Assembly: GCA_034408725.1 (NCBI GenBank)
Contig: JAWXCN010000142.1
Location: 1 to 35,761, forward strand
Direction: 5' to 3'
Length of the DNA: 35,761 nucleotides
Source: Candidatus Hydrogenedentota bacterium
Lineage (GTDB): Bacteria; Hydrogenedentota; Hydrogenedentia; Hydrogenedentales; SLHB01
The notes under the pieces were generated by a model, which ran no database searches, was not told the DNA's origin, and saw only the letters and a program-made list of their open reading frames with translations. The stretch's first letter is position 1. The number at the start of each line of letters is the position of its first letter. Position numbers and translations under genes: made by a program. Shown one piece after another: positions 27,701 through 35,761 of this stretch.

Positions 27701-28648
27701 TTACTCGAGGCGTTCGCCAATGCGCGGGCGGCGGATAAATCCTGGCCAAAGCCAAGGAAAAGGCGCGCCCGTGCGGTAGCCAACAATAATCGAAATTGTG
27801 CCCTGGCCTGTCGCCACGCGGACAAATGGCCTGTTCGCGACTATTTCGCCCGGCGGCTTTCCGGAGTCTTTTTCATACGATTTTGCGCGCGAGACAAGCA
27901 CCGTGGACCCGCGATGCCGGAAGCGCGCCATTGCGAAAGGGAAACAGGCCCGGACCATTCTGTCAATTTCAGCGGCGGGCCGGTCCCATCGAATAAACAG
28001 TCCATCACCGTCCAGTTTTTTATCATAACAGGCGCCTTCCGTGGTTTGAACGGTGGCGGAGAGCCCTTCCGATTCGATTCTGTTCAGGAGCATGGGCAGT
28101 TTTTCCGCTGCGAGCAACGACGTGCGCCGGACCAGCGTGCCGGCGGTGTCACTTTGCGTAATGGGTATGCGGTGTTGTTCGACGATAGGGCCGGTGTCGA
28201 TACCTTCATCAATTAAATGAAAAGTCACACCGGTCTCGTTGTCGCCGGAAAGGATGGCCGCCTGGAACGGATTTGGCCCGCGATGCCGCGGGAGTAGCGA
28301 CGAATGGCAGTTGATACAACCGATGCGCGGCAGCTCGATAATAGGTTTCTTGAATATGACGGAGAATCCGCCGACGACAATGACGTCGGGCTTCACCTCG
28401 CGCAGTGGCGCCAACTCTTCCCCGGTCATCTTGTCAATGTAGATGATGGGCACACCGCGCCGTCGCGCGATTCCGTTGACTTTCCATTTGGAGGCAAACA
28501 GCGCAGCGACCGCGGGATTCAATCGCCGGCGATAGCCTTTCGTGGTCCGGCCATTGTCGATTACGGCGACAAGTTCGTGCCCGGATTCGATGATTGCTTT
28601 TGTCATCAGCATGGCCATATGACCTGCGCCGGTCATTGCAATGCGCAC
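27701..28648 (-). CDS. Formyltransferase (Fmt/ArnA-like)
   Basis: INCHSSLLPRHRGPNP, GVTFH and IDTGPI motifs, Fmt-like C-terminal domain; lacks the usual Fmt GTPxF motif. Confidence 0.85.
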   Translation of the reverse strand: MRIAMTGAGHMAMLMTKAIIESGHELVAVIDNGRTTKGYRRRLNPAVAALFASKWKVNGIARRRGVPIIYIDKMTGEELAPLREVKPDVIVVGGFSVIFKKPIIELPRIGCINCHSSLLPRHRGPNPFQAAILSGDNETGVTFHLIDEGIDTGPIVEQHRIPITQSDTAGTLVRRTSLLAAEKLPMLLNRIESEGLSATVQTTEGACYDKKLDGDGLFIRWDRPAAEIDRMVRACFPFAMARFRHRGSTVLVSRAKSYEKDSGKPPGEIVANRPFVRVATGQGTISIIVGYRTGAPFPWLWPGFIRRPRIGERLE

Positions 28649-28651
28649 GCG

Positions 28652-30373
28652 CTAGGCCTCCATCACATTGTGGTACCAGGCGAAGAACATGACCAGCGCC
28701 CAGAATTGCCGCCGCCGATAGATATTATGGTTCGCTTCGCGGAGGATGGTGTCCACCGCGTTCCAGCGAAACAGGCCGGTTGCGTCGACATACTCCGGGG
28801 TGACGACCTGCGAGGCGACGTTTTCAATGACGCGTTGGGCGCGCCCGCTTTGGGGAAACCGAAAGTCGCGGCGCGCGCGTAGCCGCACGGGAGCCGGCAA
28901 CATGCCGCGCATGGCGCGCCGAAGCAGCGGTTTGCTGCGGACGCCGAACTTTGTGGATGGCGCAAGGGCGACTGCAAACGCGACGACTTCATCATCGAGA
29001 TAGGGAAACCGGATATCGATTCCGTGCGCGGCCGCGATTCGATCGCATTTGGTCATTAGCAGATTTGGGATGCCGACGTTCAAATCGAGCGCGAGAACGT
29101 TACGGGTCATGTCGCCTTTGGTAAAGTGGTCTTGCACCGCGGGGATTCCGCCACCGAGATCGTGCACGGCGGAATTCATGGCGCCCGAATACAGGTCTTC
29201 GCGCTCGCCGCGATCAAAGACGGAGACCAGCGATAGATACGACTCTAGCGGATCGTTCATTGACGTCAGGTAACGGCCGCCGCGCCGAATGAATGCATTG
29301 GGCGGCAATGCGGGAAGAATGTCGGCGAGCAGTCCAGCCGGTACAAGTCGCTTTGCCCCGTGCGCCTTCTGAAGAAAGTTATAGCGCGGATAGCCGCCGA
29401 GCAGTTCGTCCGCGCCGTGCCCCGACACAAAGTGCTGGCCATTTTCAGCGGCCGCTTCCGCGACGAGCCATAGCGCCAGGACACTTGGGTCGGCGAGGGG
29501 TTCATCAAGCGCGCGCACGGTCCGATGTACGGTATCCTCAGTGAGCCGCCGGGCGTGAATCGGCGCGAGCGGCATCTTCATCAGGCGCGCGGACTCCGCG
29601 GCCAGGCGCGCTTCATCCTGCCATCCGCGTTCCAGCGAAACAAAGGTAGGCCGGATGCCGGGCGCGCATGCGGCGAGCGCGGCACAATCAATTCCGCCCG
29701 ACCACAGGATATTGTCCGGTTTTTCGCGGTCCATTGCGTTGGACAAGTGCAAGCGTAGTTCGCGCGCGGCAATTTCCCGGGGTTGTTCGCGTGATTGTAT
29801 ATCGAACGAAGTTGACCGCGCCGAGCTGACATGGCCGTCGCAGTATTCAACGACATGGCCTGGCTCGACACGATAGATACCCGCGACGATCGATTCTGGT
29901 CCAGGGACAAAGCGGAGTGTGAGGTAGCGGTCCACCGCGAGGAGGTTTAATCTTTTGGGCACGATTCCTGATGCGAGCAGGGCTTTCAATTCCGAAGCGA
30001 ATGCGAGGAAATTGCCGCCCTGAAAATAGAACATGGGCCGGCGGCCGAGTGCGTCGCGCATGAGCAGCCAACGCCGTCCTTCATCCAGCGCCACAACGCA
30101 GGTGTATGGCCCAAGCAACGCGAGATGCGAATAATTCCCGAGGCTGGAACAATGGCAATGGACCGATGCCGGGGAAAGGACGCCTGTTGATTTCAGGCGC
30201 GGGTCGCCGTCGAGGAGGCAGATAGAGTCACCGTCTATGGGATGCGAAGCGGCAACGGAATACCGGGGTGTGCTGACTCGGTGGACGGCCTTGGCACGGC
30301 CGTGCAGCGCATTGATCATCGCGTCCAGCGTGGTGGTGTCGTGCTTCCCTATAATTCCGCACAGGGCATCCAT
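28652..30373 (-). CDS. Asparagine synthetase B-like amidotransferase (divergent)
   Basis: CGIIG near the N-terminus, RDALGRRP, FASELKAL, SGGID, SGHGADELLGGY and RFPYLD. Confidence 0.85.
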   Translation of the reverse strand: MDALCGIIGKHDTTTLDAMINALHGRAKAVHRVSTPRYSVAASHPIDGDSICLLDGDPRLKSTGVLSPASVHCHCSSLGNYSHLALLGPYTCVVALDEGRRWLLMRDALGRRPMFYFQGGNFLAFASELKALLASGIVPKRLNLLAVDRYLTLRFVPGPESIVAGIYRVEPGHVVEYCDGHVSSARSTSFDIQSREQPREIAARELRLHLSNAMDREKPDNILWSGGIDCAALAACAPGIRPTFVSLERGWQDEARLAAESARLMKMPLAPIHARRLTEDTVHRTVRALDEPLADPSVLALWLVAEAAAENGQHFVSGHGADELLGGYPRYNFLQKAHGAKRLVPAGLLADILPALPPNAFIRRGGRYLTSMNDPLESYLSLVSVFDRGEREDLYSGAMNSAVHDLGGGIPAVQDHFTKGDMTRNVLALDLNVGIPNLLMTKCDRIAAAHGIDIRFPYLDDEVVAFAVALAPSTKFGVRSKPLLRRAMRGMLPAPVRLRARRDFRFPQSGRAQRVIENVASQVVTPEYVDATGLFRWNAVDTILREANHNIYRRRQFWALVMFFAWYHNVMEA

Positions 30374-30375
30374 GA

Positions 30376-30825
30376 TTAGAATTCCTTCTTGGAATCCAGC
30401 ATTAACGTGACAGGTCCGTCATTGACGAGGTGTACTTCCATGTGCGCTCCAAACTCTCCCGTCTCGACGTGGACACCGCGTTCGCGCGAAAATTTCACGA
30501 ATGCCTCATATAACAGCACTGCCAACTCCGGCCTTGCCGCACCGGTAAAAGATGGACGCTTTCCTTTCCGGCAGTCGCCGAACAAAGTGAATTGCGAAAC
30601 CGCGAGGATGCTGCCCCGGATATCGAGCAAAGACAGGTTAAATTTTCCAGCTTCGTCCGAAAAACATCGCAAGCCGGCGATTTTATCTGCGAGGTACTCC
30701 GCGTCGATTTCCGAATCTGAATCAGATACACCTAGCAAGACCAACAATCCGTTGTCGATCGCGCCGATAACTTTGCCCTCGACGGTAACGCTTGAACCGC
30801 GCACCCGTTGAATCACCGCGCGCAT
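30376..30825 (-). CDS. dtd: D-aminoacyl-tRNA deacylase
   Basis: [21 protein letters not shown] and NDGPVT. Confidence 0.97.
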   Translation of the reverse strand: MRAVIQRVRGSSVTVEGKVIGAIDNGLLVLLGVSDSDSEIDAEYLADKIAGLRCFSDEAGKFNLSLLDIRGSILAVSQFTLFGDCRKGKRPSFTGAARPELAVLLYEAFVKFSRERGVHVETGEFGAHMEVHLVNDGPVTLMLDSKKEF

Positions 30826-30831
30826 GCGAGT

Positions 30832-31407
30832 TTAGAAATCCAACCGGCCGCAATTGCAATGTCCCGAGCGCTGGCTTTTGAGTTTCGCAGTGTACTCGGC
30901 ATCCGCGAGTTCCTGGATGGCGGCGTCCGCGGGGATTGCTTGTGCCCAGTCGCGCGCGACTGCAAAACTAACATGCGGGAGTGTGGCGGGCGTTTCGAGT
31001 ATCCATTCGCCGGATTGCAACTTGGCAGTATACGAGACGTTCGAGTTCGCTTCGATCTCCGCCGCGGTATCAGCATCCGCGGCATCGGTTGGTGTGAAGG
31101 TGTCGCCGGACATCAAACCCTCGACGGTGTACTGGACCGGGAAAACCATTGCGCCGTCGATCACCTGCGGCTTGTTGTGGCGCCAACTTGATATGACCAA
31201 AAAGCGGTCCCATTCTGTTTCGTCGGGGCTGCTGAGCACGGCGTTCACGGAATGACGCCGGTTCGGGTCAAGCCGCGCGCCGCTGCGGTCGAGGTGGACG
31301 AAGTGTTCGACGCTGCGTAGCGCCGCGCTTTCTTCGGGGGATAGGCGCATGGTTGCGCACGAGGTGAGCAACAGGGCCGTCAGTGTTATGGGTGCGTATC
31401 TGCGCAT
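30832..31407 (-). CDS. Putative lipoprotein
   Basis: MRRYAPITLTALLLTSC lipobox; SD AAGGGG. Confidence 0.7.
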   Translation of the reverse strand: MRRYAPITLTALLLTSCATMRLSPEESAALRSVEHFVHLDRSGARLDPNRRHSVNAVLSSPDETEWDRFLVISSWRHNKPQVIDGAMVFPVQYTVEGLMSGDTFTPTDAADADTAAEIEANSNVSYTAKLQSGEWILETPATLPHVSFAVARDWAQAIPADAAIQELADAEYTAKLKSQRSGHCNCGRLDF

Positions 31408-31547
31408 GATCGAATTGTCTACCCCCTTCACGAATGTGACGCCGCAGCATAGCAACGCGCGGGAAGGAGAGTAAAGGCGGCCAGGTGCGGCAGAACGCCG
31501 GGCCGCGTATACTGTGACGGTAGCAATGTGTCGCTTGGAGCGAGCAA

Positions 31548-32663
31548 ATGATTGTGGGCGTGCCGAAGGAGATCAAGCCGGGGGAGAACCGTGTTGCGAT
31601 GCTGCCCTCCGGCGTCGCGGCATTTGTAGCGCACGGGCATGAGGTGCTGGTAGAGAAAGACGCGGGCACGGGCAGCGGGATTCCAGATGCGCAATTTAGT
31701 TTGGCGGGGGCGCGCCTTATTTCAGACGCGGATGACGTCTGGGCCCATGCCGAATTGATCGTCAAGGTGAAAGAACCGGTTGGTCCGGAGTTGGGCCGGA
31801 TGCGGCCCGGGCAAATTATCTATACGTACCTGCATTTGGCGTCAAACGAAGCATTGACGCGACACCTCATGAAAAACTGCGTTACCGGAATCGCGTATGA
31901 AACGATCCAACGCGACGATGGCGCATTGCCGTTGCTGACGCCGATGAGTGAAGTCGCGGGGCGATTGTCGGTGCAGAAAGCCGCGCTGTGTCTGGAAGCG
32001 GCGAGCGGTGGACGCGGCATGCTGTTGAGCGGTGTATCCGGCGTAAAGCCCGCGCACGTTGTAATACTTGGCGCGGGCACGGCCGGCCAAAACGCGTGCC
32101 ATGTCGCGGTCGGCATGGGTGCGCACGTCACGATACTCGATATTGATCCGGGAAAGCTGCGGTACGTGTATGACATCATGGGCGGGCATGTAACGACGTT
32201 GATGTCGAACCGTGCGACGGTTGCGGAAGAGGTGTCAGAAGCCGACGTTTTGATCGGCACAGTGCTTATACCGGGGGCGCGCGCGCCGGTATTGGTGACT
32301 GCGGAGATGGTGAAACAGATGCGGCCCGGCGCGGCGATTGTCGATGTTGCGATTGACCAGGGCGGTTGTATAGAAACTTCGCGGCCCACGACTCACGCGG
32401 AGCCTACCTATGTGGCGCATGGCGTTGTCCATTATTGCGTGACAAATATGCCTGGGGCAGTGCCGCGAACATCGACCTATGCGCTTACGAATGCCACACT
32501 CGGATATGGCCTGTCCCTCGCCAACAAAGGCCTTGACCATGCATTGCGCGAAGACCGTGCGCTACGCCGGGGTTTGAACGTTTTCGATGGCGTGGTGACG
32601 CACAAGGGCGTGGCGGATGCCTTTGGGATCGAATGCCGGGAGTATCCCAATGGGAATGGCTGA
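31548..32663 (+). CDS. ald: Alanine dehydrogenase
   Basis: GVPKEIK..ENRVA, KVKEP, YLHLA, PMSEVAGR, DVAIDQGG and NMPGAVPRTST. Confidence 0.97.
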   Translation: MIVGVPKEIKPGENRVAMLPSGVAAFVAHGHEVLVEKDAGTGSGIPDAQFSLAGARLISDADDVWAHAELIVKVKEPVGPELGRMRPGQIIYTYLHLASNEALTRHLMKNCVTGIAYETIQRDDGALPLLTPMSEVAGRLSVQKAALCLEAASGGRGMLLSGVSGVKPAHVVILGAGTAGQNACHVAVGMGAHVTILDIDPGKLRYVYDIMGGHVTTLMSNRATVAEEVSEADVLIGTVLIPGARAPVLVTAEMVKQMRPGAAIVDVAIDQGGCIETSRPTTHAEPTYVAHGVVHYCVTNMPGAVPRTSTYALTNATLGYGLSLANKGLDHALREDRALRRGLNVFDGVVTHKGVADAFGIECREYPNGNG

Positions 32664-33789
32664 AATGCGCCGGGACATCGAGTACCTCGCGGGTAGCCTC
32701 GCGCATCGCGGCGCAAGCACCGAAAGCGAGCGCTTGGCCGCGGAATATATCCGCGATCGCCTGGCGCGGTGTACGCCGGATACCGAGGTAGACGATTTTT
32801 ATGCGATTGAAAGTCCGTGGCTATTGTTCGCGTCGTACTATGGCGAATTCCTGATTGTTGCGTTACTGGCGTTTTGGCAGCCGTGGTTTGGGTTTGCGTA
32901 TGGCGCGATCGTGTCAACGCTCTATCTGATGGAGTTCACGGGGTACCAAGTTGTCGCGCATATTCTGCCGCAGTACGAAACCCAGAATGTCGTTGCCCGG
33001 ATTCTTGGCGACAGACCGAAAAAGCTTTTCGTAATAACGGCGCACTACGATACGCCCAAGTTCAGCGCAATCACCGCGCCTCAGGCGCAACCGTGGCTGA
33101 AGGTGATCCATCTTTTTATCCTCGTCTGCATGCTGGCGGTGCTGGCGTCCTGCGCCGCGGAAGCGATGGGGGTTGTCTGGGAAGAGCATTACCGGTACGA
33201 CTTGATCATTCGATGGTGTGCGGTCACAGGTCTACTTTGCGCCGCGGTGGCGCTATTCACCTGCGAATACTCCGGCGAATTCACGCGTGGCGCGGGGGAT
33301 AACGCATCCGGCGTGGCCGTGCTGCTGGATTTGGCAGAACGGTTTACACACGAACGCGTGCCTGACGCGGACGTTTGGCTTGTCGCGACCGGGAGCAAGG
33401 AAACCTGGCTGAGCGGCATGCGCCGTTTTTTGGGCACGCACAAGTTGGACCGGGAAACGACATTTTTCCTGAACATAGACCATGTTGGCGCGGGTTCCCT
33501 GCGCTACATCACAGGAGAGGGGTTGCTCCAAATGTTTCCCGCGGACCCCGCGCTACTGCGCATCGCGAAGGAGGAGTCGCACGCGCATGATGCCGCGCCG
33601 ATGGCGTGGCGGGGCCTGCCATCCGACGCATTTCTCGCCAAGGTGCGGGGGTATCGGGCATTGACTATAACCGCTGCGGGCGGCCGGAATGCCTACGGCG
33701 ACGACAGCGACCGGGCCGGGGACATTGATTATGCAACGGTTACCGCGGCCGCATCCTACGCGGAAGCTATTTTGCGCGCGGTCCCTTAG
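32650..33789 (+). CDS. Membrane-embedded M28 family peptidase
   Basis: AHYDT, GAGDNASG, GSKET and NIDHVG motifs with TM insertions. Start uncertain (32650, 32656 or 32665). Confidence 0.8.
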   Translation: MGMAEMRRDIEYLAGSLAHRGASTESERLAAEYIRDRLARCTPDTEVDDFYAIESPWLLFASYYGEFLIVALLAFWQPWFGFAYGAIVSTLYLMEFTGYQVVAHILPQYETQNVVARILGDRPKKLFVITAHYDTPKFSAITAPQAQPWLKVIHLFILVCMLAVLASCAAEAMGVVWEEHYRYDLIIRWCAVTGLLCAAVALFTCEYSGEFTRGAGDNASGVAVLLDLAERFTHERVPDADVWLVATGSKETWLSGMRRFLGTHKLDRETTFFLNIDHVGAGSLRYITGEGLLQMFPADPALLRIAKEESHAHDAAPMAWRGLPSDAFLAKVRGYRALTITAAGGRNAYGDDSDRAGDIDYATVTAAASYAEAILRAVP

Positions 33790-33889
33790 AAAAATCGGCA
33801 TACGCTCTTTAACCGCGCGCTAACAAATACGTGTTAGTGTCCTGAGTTTGAGATTCGCTCGATATGAAGTTTGGAAATCAGACCTTACA

Positions 33890-33922
33890 TCCCCCTAAAT
33901 CCCCCTTCAAAGGGGGACTTTG
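33890..33922. repeat. REP-like palindromic element
   Basis: TCCCCCTAAATCCCCCTTCAAAGGGGGACTT, with stem TCCCCCTT/AAGGGGGA; a type of intergenic palindrome I recall from other bacteria. Single copy in this window. Confidence 0.55.
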
Positions 33923-34017
33923 AAGATCAGATTACGCGTGTGACTTTTGCCAAGGATTCGGGATTCATGACTTAGCGTCGGCAGGGCGTGTAGGTTCAGA
34001 ATCAGGGGTACCCATTT

Positions 34018-34704
34018 GTGCGAGAACATATTCTCGTAGTGGACGACGAAGAAGACATTCTCGAATTGGTCGAGTATAACCTCGTCAAGGCGGGGTACCG
34101 GGTCACGTGCGTGCCTACTGGCGGCGAAGCGGTGAAGGCGGCGCGCGGGTCCATGCCCGACCTCGTTGTGCTCGACTTGATGTTGCCGGGACTGGATGGT
34201 CTGGAAGTGTGCACGCTGTTGAAAAATGATCCCAAAACCAAGGACGCTGCCATCGTGATGTTGACCGCGCGGGGGGAAGAGCAGGACATCGTTCGCGGAC
34301 TGGAGCTCGGCGCCGACGACTACATAACGAAACCGTTCAGTCCGCGCATCCTGTTGGCGAGAATCCAGGCGGTGCTGCGCAGGAAAGAGGCGGAAGCCAA
34401 GGAAAAAGAGGCGGTGTTACGCGTGCATGATTTGGTGATCCATCCGGGACGTCATGAACTTTCGGTACACGGCAAGCCGGTGGAATTGACGTTCACCGAG
34501 TTTCGCGTGCTGCATTGTCTAGCGCGGAGACCAGGCTGGGTCTTCACCCGCTCGCAGATTGTTGATACTGTTCGAGGGGAAGGGTACGCAGTTACCGATC
34601 GCGCCGTTGATGTGCAGATTGTGGGGCTACGAAAGAAATTGGGCGCGCGCGGACAGTATATAGAAACTGTACGTGGGGTAGGCTACCGGATGAAGGGTAG
34701 CTGA
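34018..34704 (+). CDS. OmpR/PhoB family response regulator (PhoB/PhoP-like)
   Basis: VVDDE, LDLMLP, GADDYITKPF and winged helix ending ETVRGVGY. Confidence 0.93.
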   Translation: MREHILVVDDEEDILELVEYNLVKAGYRVTCVPTGGEAVKAARGSMPDLVVLDLMLPGLDGLEVCTLLKNDPKTKDAAIVMLTARGEEQDIVRGLELGADDYITKPFSPRILLARIQAVLRRKEAEAKEKEAVLRVHDLVIHPGRHELSVHGKPVELTFTEFRVLHCLARRPGWVFTRSQIVDTVRGEGYAVTDRAVDVQIVGLRKKLGARGQYIETVRGVGYRMKGS

Positions 34705-35761
34705 GTGCCCCGCCGCCGCCTGATATGGCAACTCTTCCCACTGTTCGTGCTGGTCAGTTTCGGTTCACTTCTGGCGGCTGGACTGTATGCCACGCAGACA
34801 TTACGCCAATTTTATCTTGACCGGGCGACGCAAGGACTTGAATCGCGCGCCTACCTTGTTCAGGAACTTTTGGGCGAGCAGATGCGATTTGCGGACGCTG
34901 CGGCATTGCAGGCGCGCTGCGTAGAACTTGGCGAGCAGTCCGACACACGAATCACGCTGGTGCTCGCAACCGGTGAGGTCATTGCCGATTCCCATGCCGA
35001 ACCCGGGTTGATGGAGAACCATGCGTCGCGTGCCGAAGTTCGTGAGGCGCTTGCGGGGGGAATCGGGCGCAATCACCGATTGAGCGCTACGACCCGCAAG
35101 GATACCAGTTACGTTGCCGTGCCGGTGATGTACGAAGATGAAGTAATCGGCGCCGTTCGGGTCGCCGCGCCGCAATTCACGTTCATGAGCGCGCCGGGCG
35201 CCATCTACTGGCAAATTGCCGGAGGAATTCTTTTCATCACCGTTCTGGTCGCGTTCTTGAGCCTGGCCGCGACGCGGCGGATCACGATGCCGATAGAAGA
35301 CCTCAAGCGTGGAGCGGAACGGTTCGCGCGCGGGGAGTTGGTTGCGCGCTTGCGAATGCCAGAGTCGCAGGAGATGGGTCAGCTTGCGGACGCCATGAAC
35401 ACGATGGCCGCGCAACTGGAAGATCGCATCCGCGCGGTGGAGCGGCAGCGCAACGAACTCGAGGCGGTATTCGGGAGCATGGTGGAAGGCGTAATCGCGG
35501 TGGATACACAGGAGCGCGTAATCAGCATCAACGCCGCGGCAGCCGCCTTATTCGATATTTCGCGCGCGCGCGCGCTGGGTCGCGACCTGCGGGAAGTCAT
35601 TCGCAACGCCGACTTGCACCAGTTCGTCGGGCAAACGTTGCGCAGCGCGGGGCCGGCGGAAGCGGACATCACGCTGCATCAGCAGGGCGAGCAGCAGGTG
35701 CGATTGCACGGCGCGCCGCTGTCCGATACTTCGCGGCGCAATATCGGGTGTGTCGTTGTAC
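34705..35761 (+). CDS. PhoR-like sensor histidine kinase, 3'-truncated by the window edge
   Basis: GTG directly after the regulator stop; hand translation gives a TM, RITLV..GEVIADS..MENHASRAEV, a second TM, HAMP, then SMVEGVIAVD PAS. Absent from the ORF track because there is no stop codon. Confidence 0.88.
   Translation, partial: MPRRRLIWQLFPLFVLVSFGSLLAAGLYATQTLRQFYLDRATQGLESRAYLVQELLGEQMRFADAAALQARCVELGEQSDTRITLVLATGEVIADSHAEPGLMENHASRAEVREALAGGIGRNHRLSATTRKDTSYVAVPVMYEDEVIGAVRVAAPQFTFMSAPGAIYWQIAGGILFITVLVAFLSLAATRRITMPIEDLKRGAERFARGELVARLRMPESQEMGQLADAMNTMAAQLEDRIRAVERQRNELEAVFGSMVEGVIAVDTQERVISINAAAAALFDISRARALGRDLREVIRNADLHQFVGQTLRSAGPAEADITLHQQGEQQVRLHGAPLSDTSRRNIGCVVV

Noticed and set aside
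27701-28648. Gene symbol fmt
   Set aside because: Lacks the typical N-terminal GTPxF motif and has no adjacent def; the context suggests a paralogue.
1-35761. CRISPR array, tRNA/rRNA genes, integrase, transposase or reverse transcriptase
   Set aside because: No regularly spaced repeats, cloverleaf-like sequences or catalytic motifs were recognised by eye; a tRNAscan/HMM run would be needed to exclude them fully.

Overview
A GC-rich bacterial chromosomal window. The gene content (prepilin H-X9-DG protein, YfhO-type membrane protein, large secreted S8 protease) suggests a PVC-like or Hydrogenedentota-like organism, but this is inference only. The backbone carries clpB, a YfhO-like membrane protein, a GT4/alkaline-phosphatase-family/EEP operon, rnpB (RNase P RNA), an S8 protease, a sugar epimerase, a REC-PAS-GGDEF protein, yhbY, a cobalamin riboswitch ahead of a prepilin-type H-X9-DG gene, a dtd/AsnB-like/formyltransferase/GT2 run, ald, an M28 peptidase and a PhoB/PhoR-like pair cut by the window edge. 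The accessory part lies at 5.6-14.6 kb and holds two integrase-less inserts, each bounded by diverged direct repeats of host sequence. The first is a VWA + TPR/ankyrin-like pair inside a duplicated gene junction. The second is a ~2.5 kb island at the 3' end of rnpB, carrying a decayed darG-like fragment (not in the ORF track) and an intact three-gene operon with its own promoter (MotA/ExbB-like, Asp-TM coiled-coil, ExbD-like). That operon is the best candidate here for an undescribed system. No CRISPR array, tRNA, rRNA or transposase was recognised. All family calls come from reading motifs by eye; no searches were run.
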